Source of the DNA: Alphaproteobacteria bacterium | GTDB taxonomy: Bacteria > Pseudomonadota > Alphaproteobacteria > JAAXGF01 | Length of the DNA: 64,000 bases | Assembly (NCBI GenBank): GCA_963555825.3 | Contig: CAUVXB020000002.1 | Span: 352,001-416,000, forward strand | Reading direction: 5' to 3' | In this document: positions 32,713 through 43,585 of the stretch, one piece after another | Layout: each line of letters begins with the position of its first letter | Position numbering within the stretch: the stretch's first letter is position 1 | Made by a program: the position numbers and the translations under genes | The notes under the pieces: model-generated | Database searches by the model: none | Seen by the model: the letters and a program-made list of their open reading frames with translations, nothing else | What the model was told of the DNA's origin: nothing

Positions 32713-35700
32713 ATGACAGGCGCGCGCATCGCGATCGACATCGGCGGCACCTTCACCGACGTCGCGGTCGGCACGGCCGACGGCTACGTCACCGCCAAGA
32801 CGCTGACGACACCGGCCGAGCCGGTTACCGGCGTGCTCGACGGCATCGCGCTGGCGCTCGAACGCGCGGCGCTCGCGCCGGCCGACGTCGCCTGCATCAT
32901 CCATGGCACGACGCTCGCGACCAACGCGCTGATCGAGCGGCGCGGCGCGCGCGTCGCGGTGATCGGCACCGAGGGCTTCCGCGACACGCTCGAGATCGCC
33001 TACGAGCGGCGCTACGACCAGTACGACGTCTTCCTCGACAAGCCCGACGCCTATGTGCCGCGCGAGCGCTGTTTCACGGTGCCCGAGCGCGTCGACACCG
33101 ACGGCCGGGTTCACCGGCCGCTCGACGAGGCGGCATTCGACGGCCTGATCGCCGCGCTCGACGCCGCCGGGACCGAAAGCGTCGCGGTCTGCCTGCTGCA
33201 CAGCTACGCCAACCCAACGCACGAGCAGCGCATCGGCGAGATGCTGCGCGCGCGCCGGCCCGATCTGTCGCTGTCGCTGTCGTCGGAAGTCTGTCCCGAG
33301 ATCCGCGAATACGACAGGCTGTGCACGACGGTCGCCAACGCCTATGTGCGGCCCCTGATGGCGCGCTACCTGACCGAGCTGGAGCGCGGCTTGATCGCGG
33401 CCGGGCTCGACTGCGCGCTCTATATCATGACCTCGGGTGGCGGCATGACGACGGTCGCCACGGCGGTGCGCTTTCCGATCCGCATGATCGAATCGGGCCC
33501 CAGCGGGGGCGCCGTGCTGGCCGCCAAGCTCGCCCGCCGTCACGGTCTCGACCGGGTCGTCTCGTTCGACATGGGCGGCACGACGGCCAAGGTCTGCTTG
33601 ATCGACGACGGTCAGCCGCAGACCTCGCGCCGCTTCGAGATCGCGCGCGCGGCGCGCTTCATCAAGGGCAGCGGCCTGCCGGTCCTGATCCCGGCCATCG
33701 ATATGATCGAGATCGGCGCCGGCGGCGGCTCGGTCGCCTCGGTCGACGGACTGGGGCGCCTGGCGATCGGGCCGAAGAGCGCCGGCGCCGTGCCGGGGCC
33801 GAGCTGCTACGCCAAGGGCGGCATCGAGGCGACGGTCACCGACGCCGACGCCACGGTCGGCTTGCTCGACCCGGACGCCTTCGCCGAAGGCCGCCTGAAA
33901 CTGGATCTGGATCTGGCCCGCGACGCGCTCGGGCGCGACGTCGGGGCGCCGATGTCGATGTCCGCCGAGGACGCCGCCTACGGCGTCGCCGAGATCGTCG
34001 ACGAGAACATGGCCAACGCGGCGCGCGTACACGCGGTCGAAGGCGGCAAGGAGCTCGCCGACCGGACGATGATCGCGTTTGGCGGCAACGGCCCGCTGCA
34101 CGCCGCGCGCGTCGCCGAAAAGACCGGCGTCAGGCACATCGTCGTGCCGCCCGATCCCGGCGTCGGCTCGGCGGTCGGCTTCCTGGCGGCGCCGATCACC
34201 TACGAGATCGTGCGCAGCCACTACACGCTGGCCGAAAATTTCGACTTCGAGGGCGTCAACGCCACGCTTGCCGAAATGGCGCGGGAAGCGATCGACGTGG
34301 TGCGCCTCGGTGCGCTCGATCTGCCGCTCGCGGTGGAACGCCGGGCGTTCATGCGCTACCGCGGCCAGGGCCACGAGATCGAGGTCACGGTACCGGACGG
34401 CGCGCTCGACGCCGGCGCCCTGACGCGGCTCTGCACAGATTACGACCGGACGTACAGCCGCCTGTTCGGCCGCGCGGTTCCCGGCATGCTCGTCGAGATC
34501 GTCAACTGGGGCGTTACGGTGACCGCCCGGGCCGTCGACGGCGACGCCGCGCCGACCGCGCCCCGCGACGATGATGGCGAGGCCGAGCCCGCGGGCCACC
34601 GCCGCGTCTGGCTCGGCAAGGCGGGCGACTACGCCGAGGTGCCGTGCTTTCGGCGCGCCGACCTGGCGCCCGGCCACCGTATCGACGGCCCGGCGCTGAT
34701 CGTCGAGCCGCAGACGACGACCTACGTCGCCGGGCCCTTCGCCGCCGAGATCGACGACGCCATGAACATCGTCATGACGCGCCGCGAGGAGACCGCGCGG
34801 TCCGCCGCCACGGTTGCGGCGAGCACGGCAATCGACCGCCAGGCGATGTGGAACCGCCTGCTCGCCGTCGTCGAGGAGCAGGCGCAAGCGCTGATGCGCA
34901 CCGCGTTCAGCCCAATCGTGCGCGAATGCGGCGATATCTCGGCGGGCATCTTCGATACCCGGGCGCGCATGCTGGCCCAGGCGGTGACCGGCACGCCCGG
35001 CCACATCAACACCATGGCCGAGGCCTGCGGCAAGATGATCGAGGTCTTTCCGGTCGCCGACATGCGACCGGGCGACGTCTACCTGACCAACGACCCATGG
35101 ATCGCCGCGGGCCACCTCAACGACCTGCTGCTCGTCGCGCCAGTCTTTCACGACGGCCGTGCCGTCGGCCTGGTCTCGTGCACCTCGCATGTCTATGACA
35201 TTGGCGGACGCGGCCCGACGACCGACGGCGCCGACGTCTTCGAGGAAGGCATCCGCCTGCCGCCGGTGCGCATCGTCGCGGCCGGCACGGTCGATCGCTA
35301 TCTGATCGATCTGGTGAAAGCGAATTCACGCACGCCGGTGCCCAACGAGGGCGACATCTACGCGCTGATCGCGTGCTGCGACGTCGGCGCGGCGCGCACC
35401 GCCGAGATGATGGGCGAGTTCGGCCTGGCCGGCCTCGAAGACCTCGCCGAGTATATCCTGACGACCTCGCGCGACGGCGTCGTCGACGCCATCCGGCGGA
35501 TCCCCAACGGCGTCTACGACAACGTCATGCGGCTCGACGGCTATGACTTCGAGATCGACATCGCGGCGCGCATGACGGTCGACGACGAGACCATCGAGAT
35601 CGATTTCGACGGCACCTCACCGTGCTCGCGCTTCGGCATCAACGTGCCGCTCAACTACGCGACCGCCTATTCGGTTTTCGGCATCCGCTGCATCGTCGGT

Positions 35701-36543
35701 CCCGAGATTCCGAACAACGCGGGATCTCTCGCACCGATCCGCGTCGTGGCGCCGGCCGGCTGCATCGTCAACGCGATGGATCCGGCGCCGGTAGCGATGC
35801 GCCACATGATCGGCCAGACGCTGCCCGACGTGATGTTCGGCTGCCTGCACAAGGCCCTGCCCGGCCGCGTCCCGGCGGAAGGCACCGCGTGCCTGTGGGA
35901 CGTCTCGCTGCGCAGCGCGGCGAGCGTCGCGGTCAACGGCAACGCAACGGTGTTCGCGACCGATCCGATTCACAACGGCGGCACCGGCGCGCGGCCGACC
36001 AAGGACGGGCTGTCGACCACCGCCTATCCGAGCGGCGTCTGGGGCAGCCAAGTCGAGATCGCCGAGAGCAGCGACCCGATCCGCTACCTGCGCCGCGAGA
36101 TCAGGCCCGACAGCGGCGGTCCGGGGCGTCACCGGGGCGGCATGGGCCAGCTGGTCGAGGTCGAGAACCGCGAGGGCGCGCCGATGCTGCATCCGGCCGG
36201 CGTCGAGCGCATGAAGTTCCCGGCGCGCGGCCGCGCCGGCGGCGCCGACGGCGCGCTCGGCATCCTTCGGTTGGGCTCAGGCAAGCGCCTCGCCGGCAAG
36301 GGCGTCCACGAAATCCCCGCCGGCGACAAGCTGGTCGTCGCCACACCCGGCGGCGGCGGCTACGGGCCGGCCGGCGAGCGCGAACCCGAGCGCGTCGAGG
36401 CCGACGTCCGCTCGGGCCTGGTCAGCCGCGCCGCGGCGAAACGCGACTATGGCGTGGTCCTCGACGACGAGCAGTTCATCGACGCCGACGCAACGGCGCG
36501 GCTGCGCGGCACCGCCGACGACGACGACCACGGGACCGGCTGA
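32713..36543 (+). CDS. Fused hydantoinase A+B / 5-oxoprolinase-family ATP-dependent amidohydrolase
   Basis: DIGGTFTD, HGTTLATN, ESGP, DMGGTT, FGGNG.LH, NDPW...GHLND, TPGGGGYG. Confidence 0.9.
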   Translation: MTGARIAIDIGGTFTDVAVGTADGYVTAKTLTTPAEPVTGVLDGIALALERAALAPADVACIIHGTTLATNALIERRGARVAVIGTEGFRDTLEIAYERRYDQYDVFLDKPDAYVPRERCFTVPERVDTDGRVHRPLDEAAFDGLIAALDAAGTESVAVCLLHSYANPTHEQRIGEMLRARRPDLSLSLSSEVCPEIREYDRLCTTVANAYVRPLMARYLTELERGLIAAGLDCALYIMTSGGGMTTVATAVRFPIRMIESGPSGGAVLAAKLARRHGLDRVVSFDMGGTTAKVCLIDDGQPQTSRRFEIARAARFIKGSGLPVLIPAIDMIEIGAGGGSVASVDGLGRLAIGPKSAGAVPGPSCYAKGGIEATVTDADATVGLLDPDAFAEGRLKLDLDLARDALGRDVGAPMSMSAEDAAYGVAEIVDENMANAARVHAVEGGKELADRTMIAFGGNGPLHAARVAEKTGVRHIVVPPDPGVGSAVGFLAAPITYEIVRSHYTLAENFDFEGVNATLAEMAREAIDVVRLGALDLPLAVERRAFMRYRGQGHEIEVTVPDGALDAGALTRLCTDYDRTYSRLFGRAVPGMLVEIVNWGVTVTARAVDGDAAPTAPRDDDGEAEPAGHRRVWLGKAGDYAEVPCFRRADLAPGHRIDGPALIVEPQTTTYVAGPFAAEIDDAMNIVMTRREETARSAATVAASTAIDRQAMWNRLLAVVEEQAQALMRTAFSPIVRECGDISAGIFDTRARMLAQAVTGTPGHINTMAEACGKMIEVFPVADMRPGDVYLTNDPWIAAGHLNDLLLVAPVFHDGRAVGLVSCTSHVYDIGGRGPTTDGADVFEEGIRLPPVRIVAAGTVDRYLIDLVKANSRTPVPNEGDIYALIACCDVGAARTAEMMGEFGLAGLEDLAEYILTTSRDGVVDAIRRIPNGVYDNVMRLDGYDFEIDIAARMTVDDETIEIDFDGTSPCSRFGINVPLNYATAYSVFGIRCIVGPEIPNNAGSLAPIRVVAPAGCIVNAMDPAPVAMRHMIGQTLPDVMFGCLHKALPGRVPAEGTACLWDVSLRSAASVAVNGNATVFATDPIHNGGTGARPTKDGLSTTAYPSGVWGSQVEIAESSDPIRYLRREIRPDSGGPGRHRGGMGQLVEVENREGAPMLHPAGVERMKFPARGRAGGADGALGILRLGSGKRLAGKGVHEIPAGDKLVVATPGGGGYGPAGEREPERVEADVRSGLVSRAAAKRDYGVVLDDEQFIDADATARLRGTADDDDHGTG

Positions 36544-36582
36544 CGGCAGCGCAGCGCCCGTAACGCCACACAACACACCGTC

Positions 36583-36655
36583 TATTATAATAGGGTCAGA
36601 CTCCTTTATATACCATTGCTAGTTATACGTTAAAATAGTGTCTGACCCCATTATT
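36583..36655. repeat. AT-rich REP-like palindromic element, copy 2
   Basis: ATAATAGGGTCAGACTCC...AGTGTCTGACCCCATTATT. Confidence 0.7.
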
Positions 36656-36680
36656 AAGGGCGACCTGTTAGCGCGGTGAT

Positions 36681-37163
36681 CTACGATTTCAGCGCGAACA
36701 TTATTTCACCGGCGATAGGGGCGTCTCGCGCGAGTTCATGCTGATAAAGCGCCATTCGCGCATGTCGGCCAAGTTCCTCGCCGAAGACGTCGATCAACAG
36801 GTCCGACGCGCCGTTGAGTACCTTCGGAGCATCCTTGAAACCAGGCGCCGCGTTGACGTAGCCGACAAGCCGGATGGGACGTAGAAGTTTGTCGAGACGA
36901 CCAACGACCAGCCGGGCGAGAGCCAAATGGTTCAGTGCCATCAGGCGCGCAGATTCGTAGCCGTCCTCGATACTGAGCTCGCCGCCAACCTTGCCGGCCT
37001 TCGGGATATAGTCGACTCCGGCGTCGTTCTTGACCGTTCCGTAGGTCCCGGAAACGTAAAGAATGTCGGCGTGGACCACGCCCGCCACAAAACTGCCGAT
37101 TGCCGCCGGCGGTTCTGGAACGACGATCCCAAGCTCTTTCAATCGGTCTCCGATCCCCGCCAT
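36681..37163 (-). CDS. RidA/YjgF-family protein
   Basis: RLKELGI..P.PPAAIG, LYVSG, GYVNAAPGF, NGASDLL..VFG..GRHAR. Confidence 0.85.
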   Translation of the reverse strand: MAGIGDRLKELGIVVPEPPAAIGSFVAGVVHADILYVSGTYGTVKNDAGVDYIPKAGKVGGELSIEDGYESARLMALNHLALARLVVGRLDKLLRPIRLVGYVNAAPGFKDAPKVLNGASDLLIDVFGEELGRHARMALYQHELARDAPIAGEIMFALKS

Positions 37164-37396
37164 GACCATCCCTCCATGCCGCCCGGCAGGAAATTGTATA
37201 TGAATTCGAAACCGTCCAGAAGCGACACGGCGCTGCCCACCAAGGAGGCCGGCCGACAACGGCGCCCCGCCACTCAGGCATCACCAACGCGCAACAAACT
37301 TTGATCGGGTCGGGCTCCTTTATTCGTCTGATGATGATCGAATAAATGGGCCCTCAATTAGATGGAGCCCCAATTACATGGAGATAGAGCCGGCAC

Positions 37397-37891
37397 CTAT
37401 TCCAAGGCGGCGAGCCAGGCCTCGACGCGGCGGCGGTTGACGCCGAAATCGTCGTGGCCGTAGTACGAACGGCTGTAGATCGCGAGCGTCGCGCGGCCCG
37501 CGTCGAACGCGATGAAGCGGACGGTGATCGCGTCGGGAAAACGGAACACCAGCGAGCGCTGGACGAAGTCGTAGTGCAGCGCCGCCGCGTCGTCGGTGCC
37601 CGTCCGGGTCACGTGCGGCTGGTCCGCGATCATCGCCATCCAGCGGTCGCGCAGCGCCGTCGCCGATATCTCGAACACCGGGCTGGCGGCATGCGGCGGC
37701 GCCGCGCAGAAGCCCTCGGGGCAGACCAGATGCTGGTTCGGGCGCCCGTCGAGCGCGAGCGTCGCGAAGTCGATCGCGACGTGGTCGGCCGATCCGAATA
37801 CCATCGTCAGCATCTCGTCGCGGCCGATCACGGCGACCGCGACGGCAACGACACCGAGGACGCCGAGGACGACCTTGAGGCGCGTCGGCAC
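37397..37891 (-). CDS. DUF1499 domain-containing protein
   Basis: PN..LVCP..C, VQRS..FRFPD.I.V, IYSRS.YG..DFGVN..RV..WL. Confidence 0.85.
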   Translation of the reverse strand: MPTRLKVVLGVLGVVAVAVAVIGRDEMLTMVFGSADHVAIDFATLALDGRPNQHLVCPEGFCAAPPHAASPVFEISATALRDRWMAMIADQPHVTRTGTDDAAALHYDFVQRSLVFRFPDAITVRFIAFDAGRATLAIYSRSYYGHDDFGVNRRRVEAWLAALE

Positions 37892-37894
37892 GGG

Positions 37895-39604
<1,710 letters not shown>

Positions 39605-39676
39605 GCCCCTCGCCCCATCACGCCGCCCGGCTCCTGTATGCCAGAAAAGCGCACGGCGCGCCAAGCCACGTGACGC

Positions 39677-40633
39677 TCAATAGCCGCGAACCGGATCGAC
39701 GACGTTCTCCAAGGGCGCGCCCGCGAGCCAGCGTTGGGCATTGTCGCAGAACATCTCGGTCGAGCGGCGCTCCCAGCCATCGTAGACGCTCGAGCAGTGC
39801 GGCGTGACGATGACGTTGTCGAGCGTCCAGAATGGGCTCTCGGGCGGCAGCGGCTCGGTCTCGAAGACGTCCAGCGCGGCGCCGCCGAGGCGGCCCGACC
39901 GCAAGGCCTCGATCAGCGCCGCGCCGTCGACGACACCGCCGCGCGAGACGTCGACCAGCACCGCGCCCGGTTTCATGGCGGCGAGCGCGCGGGCGTCGAT
40001 CAGGTGGCGCGTCGCGCCGGTCAGCGGCACGCAGACGACGACGACATCGGCAGCGCCGAGCGCGTCATGCAGTCGGTCGGGGCCAAGGACCTCGTCGACC
40101 GCCTCGGTCGGCGCCGGGTTCGCGCGGACGCCTAACGTGGAACAGCCCATCGCCTTAAAGCGGCGCGCCACCGCCTGGCCGGTCTTGCCGAGACCGACGA
40201 TCGCAACCGTCCGCCCGTCGATGCCGGCGACCGTGGCGATGCGCCAAGCTCGGTCCCGCCGGTCGCGCTCGAAGGCTGCCAGACCGAGGCTGAACGAGAG
40301 CGCCGCGCCGAGCGCGTATTGCGCCATCTGCTCGGCGGCGACGCCGGCGGCGTTGGTCACGGTCAGGCGCGCCGGGTCCCACGGCGCCAGATGGTCGGTG
40401 CCCGAGCCGCCGACCGAGAACCAGCCGAGCGTCGGGCAGGCCATGATCGCGGCGCGCGGAAAGCCCGGCGTGCCGTCGAAGCGGATGCCGTAGATCCCCT
40501 CCGGCGCGAAATCATCGAGCATCGCCGGCAACGCCGCGTAGCTCGTGCAGCAGCGAATTTCGGCGTCGGGCAGACGCGCCTCGATGATGTCGATGAACGT
40601 CTCGGGATGGTCGTAATGGACGATGAGCCTCAT
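39677..40633 (-). CDS. D-2-hydroxyacid dehydrogenase
   Basis: VTNAAGV, IVGLGKTG, VSRGGVVD, LDVFETEPLP, TPH. Confidence 0.9.
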   Translation of the reverse strand: MRLIVHYDHPETFIDIIEARLPDAEIRCCTSYAALPAMLDDFAPEGIYGIRFDGTPGFPRAAIMACPTLGWFSVGGSGTDHLAPWDPARLTVTNAAGVAAEQMAQYALGAALSFSLGLAAFERDRRDRAWRIATVAGIDGRTVAIVGLGKTGQAVARRFKAMGCSTLGVRANPAPTEAVDEVLGPDRLHDALGAADVVVVCVPLTGATRHLIDARALAAMKPGAVLVDVSRGGVVDGAALIEALRSGRLGGAALDVFETEPLPPESPFWTLDNVIVTPHCSSVYDGWERRSTEMFCDNAQRWLAGAPLENVVDPVRGY

Positions 40634-40721
40634 CGGCTGGTAATGCTCTCTCGAACGCGGTGGATCGCCATCGAGTGTCCCGCAATTCGAGCGCCGCCGC
40701 CAGAACCCATATGAGTGTGCC

Positions 40722-41804
40722 ATGACGCCACGCCCCCGCCCCCATCTCGACACGCTGAGCGCTTACGAAGTCGCGAAGACCGGCGCGCCCGGCCAGGCGC
40801 GGCCGCGCCAGTTGGCGCAGAACGAGAGCGCGACGCCGCCGAGCCCGCTGTCGATCGCCGCCGCCGAGGCCGCGCTCGCCGAGGTTCGGTTCTATCCCGA
40901 CCCGTCGTTCGGGAGCTTGCGCGCGGCGATCGCCGCCGCCGAGGGCCTCGACGCCGGGCGCATCGTCTGCGCGGCGGGCTCGATGGAGCTGATCTCGCTG
41001 TTGTGCGCGATCTACCTGGCGCCCGGCGACGAGGCGCTCTACAGCCAGTACAGCTATCTGTTCTACCGGACCGCGATCAGGGCGGTCGGCGCGCTGCCGG
41101 TCGCCGCGCCCGAACCCAAGTTGATCGTCGACGTCGACGCGATGCTCGACGCGGTCACCGACAGGACTCGCATCGTCTTCCTGGCCAACCCCAACAACCC
41201 GACCGGCACGCTACTGACCGGCCAGGAGATGGTACGGCTCCGTGACGAATTGCGCGACGACGTGCTGTTGGTGATCGACGCGGCCTATGCCGAATTCGTC
41301 ACCGATGCGGCCTACGACCCCGGCGCAGCGCTGGTCGGCGCCGGCGCCAACACGGTGATGCTGCGCACGTTTTCGAAGATCCACGGCCTCGCCGGTATGC
41401 GCGTCGGCTGGGGCTACATGCCGGCCGACGTCGTCGACGTGCTGCGCCGCGTCGATACCGCGAGCAGCATTTCGGTCCCGGCCGTCGCCGCCGCGACGGC
41501 GGCGATCGGCGACACCGCGCATGTCGCGGCGCACCGCAAGCGCAACGCCGAAGCGCGCGAGCGGTTCACCGCCGAGGCCAACGCGCTCGGCCTGACCGCC
41601 TATCCGAGCCAGGGCAACTTCGTGCTGGTCCGCTTCCCCGGCGGCGCGGACCAGGCCACGGCGGCGCACGCGCAGCTCATGGCCGACGCCATCGCCGTCC
41701 GCCCGATGGCCGGCTACGGCCTCGCCGACTGCCTGCGCATCACCATCGGCTCGGACAATGATATGGCAGCCGTCATGATATCGTTGCGGGCCTACTTCGG
41801 TTGA
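40722..41804 (+). CDS. hisC: Histidinol-phosphate aminotransferase family
   Basis: LAQNES, FYPD, LANPNNPTG, DAAYAEF, RTFSKIHGLAGMRVGW, LRITIG. Confidence 0.85.
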   Translation: MTPRPRPHLDTLSAYEVAKTGAPGQARPRQLAQNESATPPSPLSIAAAEAALAEVRFYPDPSFGSLRAAIAAAEGLDAGRIVCAAGSMELISLLCAIYLAPGDEALYSQYSYLFYRTAIRAVGALPVAAPEPKLIVDVDAMLDAVTDRTRIVFLANPNNPTGTLLTGQEMVRLRDELRDDVLLVIDAAYAEFVTDAAYDPGAALVGAGANTVMLRTFSKIHGLAGMRVGWGYMPADVVDVLRRVDTASSISVPAVAAATAAIGDTAHVAAHRKRNAEARERFTAEANALGLTAYPSQGNFVLVRFPGGADQATAAHAQLMADAIAVRPMAGYGLADCLRITIGSDNDMAAVMISLRAYFG

Positions 41805-41825
41805 AGTCCAGGCCGCGACTGCGGC

Positions 41826-41905
41826 CCGCCGACCGTTCGGCGGAAGCATGCGCGGCGATTGAGCGCAGGGCAGCTTTGCGCAGCAAAGATGACCGCACAA
41901 AAAAG
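41826..41905. repeat. Dispersed intergenic repeat, copy A
   Basis: Shares CCGCCGACCGTTC, GCATGCGCGGCGATTGAGCGCAGG and TGACCGCACAAAAAAG with 61849..61970. Confidence 0.7.
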
Positions 41906-41907
41906 AG

Positions 41908-42552
41908 TCACTTTCGCTCGGCAAACACCAGGTGGGCGGCGATAGCGCACAGCACCGAGGCGGTGAACCACTGCTGGATGCGCCAGGCGTTGCGGTGCGT
42001 CGCCAGCCAGTCGCCGATATGGCCGAAGAAGAAGGCGACGGCAAGGTTGATGGTATTGCCCAGCACGTTGAAGATGATGCCGAGCAGGATGAACTGGGCG
42101 AGCACGCTGCCGCGCTCGGGGTCGGTGAACTGCGGCACGAACGACAGGTAAAAGAGCCCCGACTTGGGGTTCATCAGGTTGGTCACGACCGCCTGGCGGT
42201 AGACGCGCCACAGCGGATCGCGGTCGGTTTTGCCGTCGCGGCCCGGCACCGCGCCGCCGACGATCAGCGTGCGCGCCGCGAGGTAGATCAGATAGCCGGC
42301 GCCCATGTAGCGCAGCGCGTCGTAGGCGACCGCCGAGGCGGCGATCAACGCGGCGACGCCGAAGGCCGCCGCCAGGCACAAGACGAACGAGCCCGACGAC
42401 AGGCCGAGCACCGAGACCGCGCCGGCGAGCCGGCCCTGGCCGACCGAGCGCGCGACGGCGAACATCATGCCGGGCCCGGGCGAGGCGCCGACCGTCAGCG
42501 TCGCGACCAGGAACACACTGAAGGCCGGCCAGTCGGGGAGTAGGGAAAACAT
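41908..42552 (-). CDS. LysE/RhtB-family translocator
   Basis: SPGPG, G.GYLIYL, TNLMNPK..LF...F.PQF. Confidence 0.9.
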   Translation of the reverse strand: MFSLLPDWPAFSVFLVATLTVGASPGPGMMFAVARSVGQGRLAGAVSVLGLSSGSFVLCLAAAFGVAALIAASAVAYDALRYMGAGYLIYLAARTLIVGGAVPGRDGKTDRDPLWRVYRQAVVTNLMNPKSGLFYLSFVPQFTDPERGSVLAQFILLGIIFNVLGNTINLAVAFFFGHIGDWLATHRNAWRIQQWFTASVLCAIAAHLVFAERK

Positions 42553-42582
42553 GGGGATACGGACTGTTGAACGGTTGCGGGC

Positions 42583-43539
42583 TCAGTCGATGAATCTCTC
42601 GCGCTGGCGCCGGAAACTCCGGACGTCGCCCGGATAGGCGTCGACCGGTTCGGCGCCGTCGCCCAGCCAGTCGGCGAGGCGTGCATAATATGCTCCGATT
42701 GCCTGGCAAATCCTAGCCGCGTCACCGTCGAGCGCCGCGCCCGCTGTCGCGGCGCCGACGCGGCATCTGTCGGCGGTCGCACGCTCGAGCGCGAGCGCCT
42801 CGGCGACGGTCCTGCCGACGCGCGGCCCCTCGATGTCGCCTTCCGCCGCCACGGCCATAAGGCTCGGCGCCGTCCCTGCCGCGCCGAACAGATCGACGAT
42901 CGACTTGCCGTGCATCATCGTGTCGAACGACGCCGTCCAGACCGTGCTCGCCCGCGCTTCGTCGCCCGCGTGCCAGAGCACGAAGGCGTGCGCCAGCGCC
43001 TGTTCGACCGCGACGACCAATTCGGCCAGCAGCCGGTTGAGGTGCTCGGTCGCGTCGCCGAACAACGGTTCGGCATCGTCGGCCGGCGCGGGCGTGGCAC
43101 GCCGCTTGTCGTCGAGCCAGGCGGCATGCGGCTCGCGGCGCGACAGCGCGTCGGCGACCAGCGCCTCGGCATGCGCATCCCCAGCGCTCGCGAGCGGCGC
43201 GCGAACCGCTTCGAAGGCCTGGTAAAGCCGGCCCTCGAGCGCTAAATCTGCGTCGTACATGTCGGCATGGCTACCGCCGATGACGGGTAGGCGCGCCGTG
43301 AAGGGCTCCTCGGCGGTGCATAGCTCGGGCCGTCCGCCCGCCGCGACGATGTGCTCGAGCACGCGCATGGTGTTGGCGACGTCGGCGTTGTTGACCCGGG
43401 CGATGTCGCGCGCCGTTTCGCCATCGCCCCAGGCATGCAGCACCATGATGTGAAGGAAGTACTGGTTGACCGCCGTCAGATCCCAGCGCAGCACCGCGTT
43501 GAGTCGGTCGTGCCGCGTCTCGCCGTTAGCCGACGTCAT
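42583..43539 (-). CDS. Tandem bacterioferritin-like protein (two degenerate Bfr domains)
   Basis: Domain 1: LNAVL..LTAVNQYFLH..WG..DLALE..EPHAAWL. Domain 2: HLNRLL..AVEQ..H..SFDTMMHG..PRVG.TV.EAL. Confidence 0.7.
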   Translation of the reverse strand: MTSANGETRHDRLNAVLRWDLTAVNQYFLHIMVLHAWGDGETARDIARVNNADVANTMRVLEHIVAAGGRPELCTAEEPFTARLPVIGGSHADMYDADLALEGRLYQAFEAVRAPLASAGDAHAEALVADALSRREPHAAWLDDKRRATPAPADDAEPLFGDATEHLNRLLAELVVAVEQALAHAFVLWHAGDEARASTVWTASFDTMMHGKSIVDLFGAAGTAPSLMAVAAEGDIEGPRVGRTVAEALALERATADRCRVGAATAGAALDGDAARICQAIGAYYARLADWLGDGAEPVDAYPGDVRSFRRQRERFID

Positions 43540-43585
43540 GCTCAACAGTCCTTACGCCGCGCCGATCGGATGGCCCTGTCGGCGC

